This document shows positions 35,301-40,790 of a stretch of 40,790 bases of DNA, piece after piece (position 1 is the first letter of the stretch; the number at the start of each line of letters is the position of its first letter). The translations under genes were made by a program, and so were the position numbers. The notes beneath the pieces are model-generated. The model was given only the letters and a program-made list of their open reading frames with translations. It did not search any database and was not told the origin of the DNA. The DNA comes from Catajapyx aquilonaris (lineage: Eukaryota): positions 1-40,790 of the forward strand of contig JYFJ02003497.1 in NCBI GenBank assembly GCA_000934665.2, written 5' to 3'.

Positions 35301-38300
35301 CGAGTACTCTACAGGGGAATGCATCTACTTGCTTCATATAGGTGTAACATACATGATAGCTACTTCACTAGTCTGGCGGTCAAGACGTCTTAGTTATCTG
35401 ATTCAGATATAAATGTGGATCTGATAAGGAACATACTATTGGCCATATCATTCGCAAACGGCCAGCAGGAGCACCAATTGGTAGAATATTAAATGTGCAA
35501 CCCAGTATTTTGTTTCATAAATACCAGATATGTTAAGCTAGTCTCTCCTTCCCTAAAGGCAAAGGTCGGCAAAGGTACAGGTAAGTCGAATATGATAAAT
35601 CCACCAGTTTCGTTTGTTGACTTCACTAAAATAACAGTAACGTCAAATTTAATTATGAATCATCCAGAACAAACAAATTGGAACCCTATGGATATGCTGT
35701 ACACATCTGTCGGACTTAAGTACAGCCTATAACCTTTCAAAATATTCACCTGCCCATAATTTCCAGACATTTCGACTCGGAGATAAGCGACAGATTAATT
35801 TTTGTTTCGTCACTCACGTGAACACTGGTCGTATCCTTCGAGTTGGCAAAAATATTCCCTAACCAGCTAAGCACAGATCTCGAGTGACATACCGAGAACT
35901 GGCACGCGATTATCTGAACCAGGCCTCAAAATGGTTTCTGTTGAAGAGGAAATGTCAAAATGGATGATCTGACATCTCACTTCCGAGATCAACGTTATAC
36001 ACACTTTCGCCTTTTACAGAAAATCGAAAAGAATCCGAGAGATGTGCATTCTATACATTCGTATATGCTACGAGTACAGTGAGAAAGATAATAATTGCCA
36101 AGTCTTACACCGCGACCGGTTCAATTACACACGATTACTATTATTCGTACAGTTTGAAAGCACCGAGTCAATCACTGTGCACGTTGCAAGTGCGTGGCAG
36201 CGAGAAAAAAAAATACCTAACGAGTGCAGCAACTTATTTTTCGCACGCAAGCGCTTCTCGGTAAGGGTTTCGGGTTTCAAACTAGCACATGAATACGATT
36301 CTCCCTTTGTCACGTCCCAACATCCCTCTCGATGAACAATGGGGTCCTTCCAGGTACGACACAAAAGGTATATATGCAACATACGTCCTCCTCCTCCTCC
36401 TCCTCCTCCACCTCCTCTAGGCCACCTTCCTCTTCTTCGGTGGTGTCGTCGTCTTTCTTGCTGTGTTCGTCATTGAAATCGCCGTCGTCATCGGTTGGCT
36501 TGCACCCCAAGACGTACCGGGCTGCGGCTGCGGCGGTTGCGGCGGCGACGGAGGCATCCGAGGATGACGAGGAGGCTGGGATGTCGCCAAGTACCGGGCG
36601 CCGCCGAAGCCGACGCCGACGGCATTCCGGGCGGTACTCCAGAGTCCACTCGGCCTTCTCCTCATCATCCGCCTCTCCATCCTCATCCTCGCAGAATCCC
36701 ATCCGACTTTTTCCAGCGACCTTGGCTGCCCAGGTGGTGTTTTCCCAGCACATGGTAGCGCCTTCCTCAACCTTCCAGAACGAGTCTTCGTCAAAGTCGG
36801 GCCAGTCGCACACGCGAGGCCACTCTTCGTCGTCACCCTTCTTCATCTTCGCAGTCACAACACCTCGACCGGATCGTACAAGCACGAGACAAACACTGAC
36901 TTGCACTTGCTTGGGGGTGAAGACACACTGGAATCCGATCCGAGTACTGCGCTGTAAGAATCCTCACAGTCGCCCTTTGTCTTTACGTACAGGGTGGGTC
37001 ATTGAATCTTTCAATGCCGAGACAATAGGAAGCAGCAGCGGCATGCATCCGTGGTGATAACTGTTATATGAGCAGTGTCGCGATAGCAACTACCTGACAG
37101 AAGTTTACTTCGCGTGGCTAAAGGTATCGGGTTTTTTTTTTGGCCAGCTTCACTATGATTTACAATACGATCCACCGGATTGTCCGACGCCTCAATTTTT
37201 GGAAATTGGAAAAGTACGTGAGAGAACTCATGTTAGCAGCAGCAGCAGAAAAATCATCTGTCAAATTCAGTAATCGAACTATGGATCTCACAGCTTTGGC
37301 ACAAACCATTGCATCCAGGTAAGACTTAGTTGAGCCCAACTTATTCTATTAGGCAATTTATACATAAACATGAGTATAAGTTACACTGCACTTCCTACGT
37401 TGCACCCACCATGCGCATATGCAGCTTTTATGCGGCCCTGACGTGACGCTCAAAAGTTTCAAAGTCATAAACCTCAAACCTCACGAAAATTTCCTACCCA
37501 CTTTATTGTCAACTTATGGCTCAAGTTCTGCATGGAACCAACAACTCTAAACCAGCCCATTTATTATTCAACCAGGACTAAGGTGTGTTTTCCGCCTGAA
37601 TTGTTGCCAAATTGATTGTTAATAATAAGCAACATTCCCCTAAGTTTCACTCTTCGCTTTCAACAGATTTTTAAAACAAATGGCATAACACTTTGCTTCA
37701 GATGTCCATAGAGCCCATGAGACCATCTGGAGGCATTCTTGTACAGTATCGTTATTGTTATATTAAAGAAGCAAGGGCAACTGAAGAGTTTTTGGTGCAC
37801 ATGATGACCACTTTCAGTGTTATCCAGTAGTTAATTCGCAATTCATAAGCAAATCCTTGCTAGCTTCAGAGCCAACGCAGTTAAATCTTTATGGGTGCGT
37901 TCGTAACGCTTGAGACTCGTCTAGGTGTTCATTAATATCCGCCCATGACCATAGGCGAGACCATAAGAAAACGCTTTTACCAGCTATTACTCTCCGGTGT
38001 TTTCTGATTAACGGTTACAGGCCATGAACAGCAGCTATTTGCTGAGGTATTTGTGTGGCGCTCGATGGAACACACTGTACGCTTCTCGGATCGGGGGTCT
38101 TATCGCGACTCCCAAGAATCCCCATTGTGTTGTTTTCCTTGCCATAAACAGGAAACTGGCGGCTCTGATGCAACCAACACCACCGAGAAAAACAGCGTTA
38201 TTGCCCCCCATTTGCATCCGGATGCCAATGTCGTGTTGCTTCCTCTGTCGAAAAACGTAAACCGCCTTCGCAGTGGAAAACCCCCGGGGACAGAAATGAG

Positions 38301-40403
38301 TGTTTACAGGGGGGGTTATCAACAAGAACATCGACACCCTCCTCATGAACTCCGTGTGGTGTGCACCTTCTGACAAATTACAAAGCTTACGTCTGAGAGA
38401 ACTGGATCCAATTCCAGCTGACGCCTCTAAAAATGCTAATAGGATTTCCAATGGAGGTTTACACGCTGATTTCTACAGTAGTATTAATAGCAGACATTAC
38501 TATACCGGCATGTGCGTCAAGTCCACGCGTGGTGTGCAAGAGTAACGGCTTATGAAATTGAAGACCACATGCCGAACAGAAGGAGTTCAATACTCCAGAA
38601 AAAAATGCAAGTTCAAAGCACACTTCATTTATGTATATTCCGGACACCTGCTGCCTGCGATACAGTTCAGGAACGTAAGGCAACAACCTGTTGTAAGATC
38701 TGCTTGCATACTACATATACATGCTGAAGGGTGATGCAATGCAATGGGTATTCCCATTACATACTAATATCAAAATGGCTTCTAATCTCGCAAATTACAC
38801 AGAACGAATATCTGGCAAAGATAGCTTCTCCAGCAAATTGCAATTAAGAGGAGCATTTTTTTCTGGTGTGGGACAACTGCCAACTTTTTCCCAAACACAA
38901 AGCGCGTCCCGTCCCAAACGAAATCTGACGTTTGTTGACATGTGTCATGTGTCATAGTATGCACTTTTGAATTCGTCGACAGTTGCAACAATAACTCCTT
39001 CCCAATATTGTGTATACCTCGAGACAAGATCGAAGGGACGTTAAAAAAAACTTTTCGCAACAAACTCTGCCAGTGTTCGCTGAAATAACTCCCCACCCAG
39101 AGTTCAGCTGCCCCTGGCCGATAAAGCCTGTTCTCTGTCTGCAGTGTAAGGTTTCTATTCTCCTGGTCGAGGTCAGCGCCGAGTGGCGTCACCTCCCCCT
39201 GCCTGGAGAAGGGCCATGGGGAAAAGAGAAGCACCTACACCGCCACCTCCCAGAATAGACATTTGCAATGGCAACCCCACATTTTGCGTAACATTTTTCA
39301 TGATAACTCCGGTTTCGCGACGCATTATATGCGCCACGTAACAGCTGAAAAATGGAAAGGCTATCAGCTTTCCCAGACAATGGGGGATCACGTGATTTTC
39401 AATTACGCATATGGCATTTTGCAAATGGCTGGCGTGAAGACCAAGAACAGACGTACTCTACAGGTGTTTAGTACAGACGTGGTGGTACTGTTAGGGTGGG
39501 GAGAAATTTCGGCAACATCCGGATCAGGTATCGAAAAATGATCTACACGTCCGGTACATATGGGCCACTATTTAAAATTTCGCTGACTCAAATTTACGTA
39601 ACTGCAAGTGACAGGCCCCACCCACTGACCTCCCTCCATGACAATAAATTTTTCGTACAGTACCGCACGTCTGTCAACGCGATAATCCTTTGCCTCGCAA
39701 TCAACCAAGCGAACTATGCTATTGGATGAGTGGCAATCAAATCGCCCTGCACACTATTTTATGGTCGGGAAGCGACAAAATTTTTTTTATATTCTCCCCT
39801 CGCGAGAGTGCAACACCAAGCCAGGAACCCTTCGCCACAAAATTGCAAGGATGCCAAAAAGTTGAAAGATGCCGGTTCTAAAAATTAGCGATTTTTATTT
39901 TACAGCTTTCCATCTCAGCCTATATTCGGAGTTTCACTGTGCATGGGTAGCCTCAAGTTGAGCCCAGTACCTCCTGAAGGCAAACCGACGACAAAGTGAT
40001 GCTTTCACGTCCCTAACCCAGGATCTTCCCCGGGAGTGCACTGGTCCTAATACAGAGCAGTCGGCTCATTAGGCACAATCCAGGTTTCCTCCAACGCTAA
40101 AGTGCAACCATACAAATTTCATGCAGCTGTGCGCCTGATGAACGCCTGAGAGAATCCGGAGTTTTGGTGCTGGAGATTGTAACTCACCGTGGGAGGCTGG
40201 GCGTATGCGGCCGTCTGGTATTGGGCGGCTGCGGGCTGAATGTGCGAAGGGTAGCGCAAGGCGGCGTACGAGGGCCAATTGCCCTGGGCACGGTAGGAGC
40301 TGCTCGGGGCGCCGCCGGCCGATGTGGTCGCCGCCACTGAGCTCGGAGGCCGGGGACCCTTCTGGCCTCCTCCTCCGTATGCTGCCCGTGGAGTGTTGGT
40401 CCC
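26377..40403 (-). CDS. shep: Alan shepard / RBMS (MSSP) family RNA-binding protein with two RRMs; 5'-partial (start upstream of the window for this isoform)
   Basis: Exons (minus): 40403-40188, 29009(or 29012)-28801, 28737-28679, 28605-28514, 28406-28249, 28171-28012, 27367-27179, 26918-26817, 26529-26377; phases consistent. Motifs: [95 protein letters not shown]. Confidence 0.93.
33059..33077. repeat. (AC)n microsatellite in the shep intron
   Basis: About 9 AC units. Confidence 0.8.
36385..36846 (-). CDS. Candidate alternative first coding exon of shep (154 aa, acidic)
   Basis: GC-rich island in an AT-rich intron. ATG at 36846 (GCGAAG ATG), open for 154 codons ([15 protein letters not shown]...EEEEEEED), ending at a phase-0 donor GAC|GTATGT that matches the phase-0 acceptor at 29009/29012. 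Inr-like TCAGTG at 36899-36894. Confidence 0.5.
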
Positions 40404-40790
40404 CTGAAGCACAAAGAAACACATGATGTAATTACACAACATTTATAACACTACAAACACTGTCAATCATGCCAAGTTATGAATCGGTGCGGCCCCAACT
40501 CCGCAGAAATCCCAATATTCCCACACGGAATACATGAATCTCAGGCAACCCGTGGGAATCCGATCGTTTATCGAACCCGTTAGCTAACGTGGGGCCGCGT
40601 TTTAGCAAGAGGTCATTTTGGTCAAAGCATGCAGGATGCAAGTCCTTCCTAAGTGCCCGGCATAAACTTCGTAATGGTGACCCTGCGCTGTTGTACGAGG
40701 GCGGTTCGGAAAGTTCTAAGAATCGGATGGAAAGAAACACAATATCAGAGTGATTGAGGTTTTATTTTTCGACGTAATCTCCTCGAAGGT

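Noticed and set aside
35001..35840. GTATCCTT matches to the U12 5' splice site at ~35001 and ~35831
   Set aside because: They are on the strand opposite shep and have no associated exon or branch point; likely chance.
36332..37057. 241-aa Ser-rich plus-strand ORF as a nested gene
   Set aside because: It is best explained as the antisense shadow of the GC-rich, low-complexity minus-strand exon candidate; no recognisable domain.
1..40790. tRNA, rRNA, snRNA or miRNA genes
   Set aside because: None recognised by eye; tRNAscan-SE/Infernal would be needed to exclude intronic small RNAs.

Overview
Eukaryotic (metazoan, most likely arthropod) genomic DNA, gene-dense, with many short 55-90 nt GT-AG introns. 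There are no prokaryotic features and no CRISPR array. Splicing the exons by hand gives six protein-coding genes: (1) a BTB/BACK 'serine-enriched protein' (gprs-like), minus strand, 8 coding exons, 389 aa; (2) the splicing factor crooked neck (crn/CRNKL1), plus strand, 707 aa; (3) a 74-aa secreted Gly/Arg-rich peptide gene with a TATA box, which the ORF track misses as a complete protein; (4) a 5-exon, 354-aa gene derived from a P-element/THAP9 transposase (THAP finger, 15-aa repeats, coiled coil, transposase N-terminal helical region) that stops before the catalytic domain; (5) WDR12/Ytm1, plus strand, 431 aa, head-to-head with the THAP gene; (6) the 3' part of alan shepard/RBMS (two RRMs), minus strand, with a candidate acidic alternative first exon and a 3' UTR-like tract of about 4 kb. 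Two small mobile-element relics are visible: an RTE-like (GTT)n-tailed insertion with a 13-bp TSD, and a TA-flanked CACT...AGTG MITE. The most unusual part is the ~3 kb island between crn and WDR12, which holds the AMP-like peptide gene and the truncated, apparently domesticated P-transposase gene. All family assignments come from motif recognition, not database searches.
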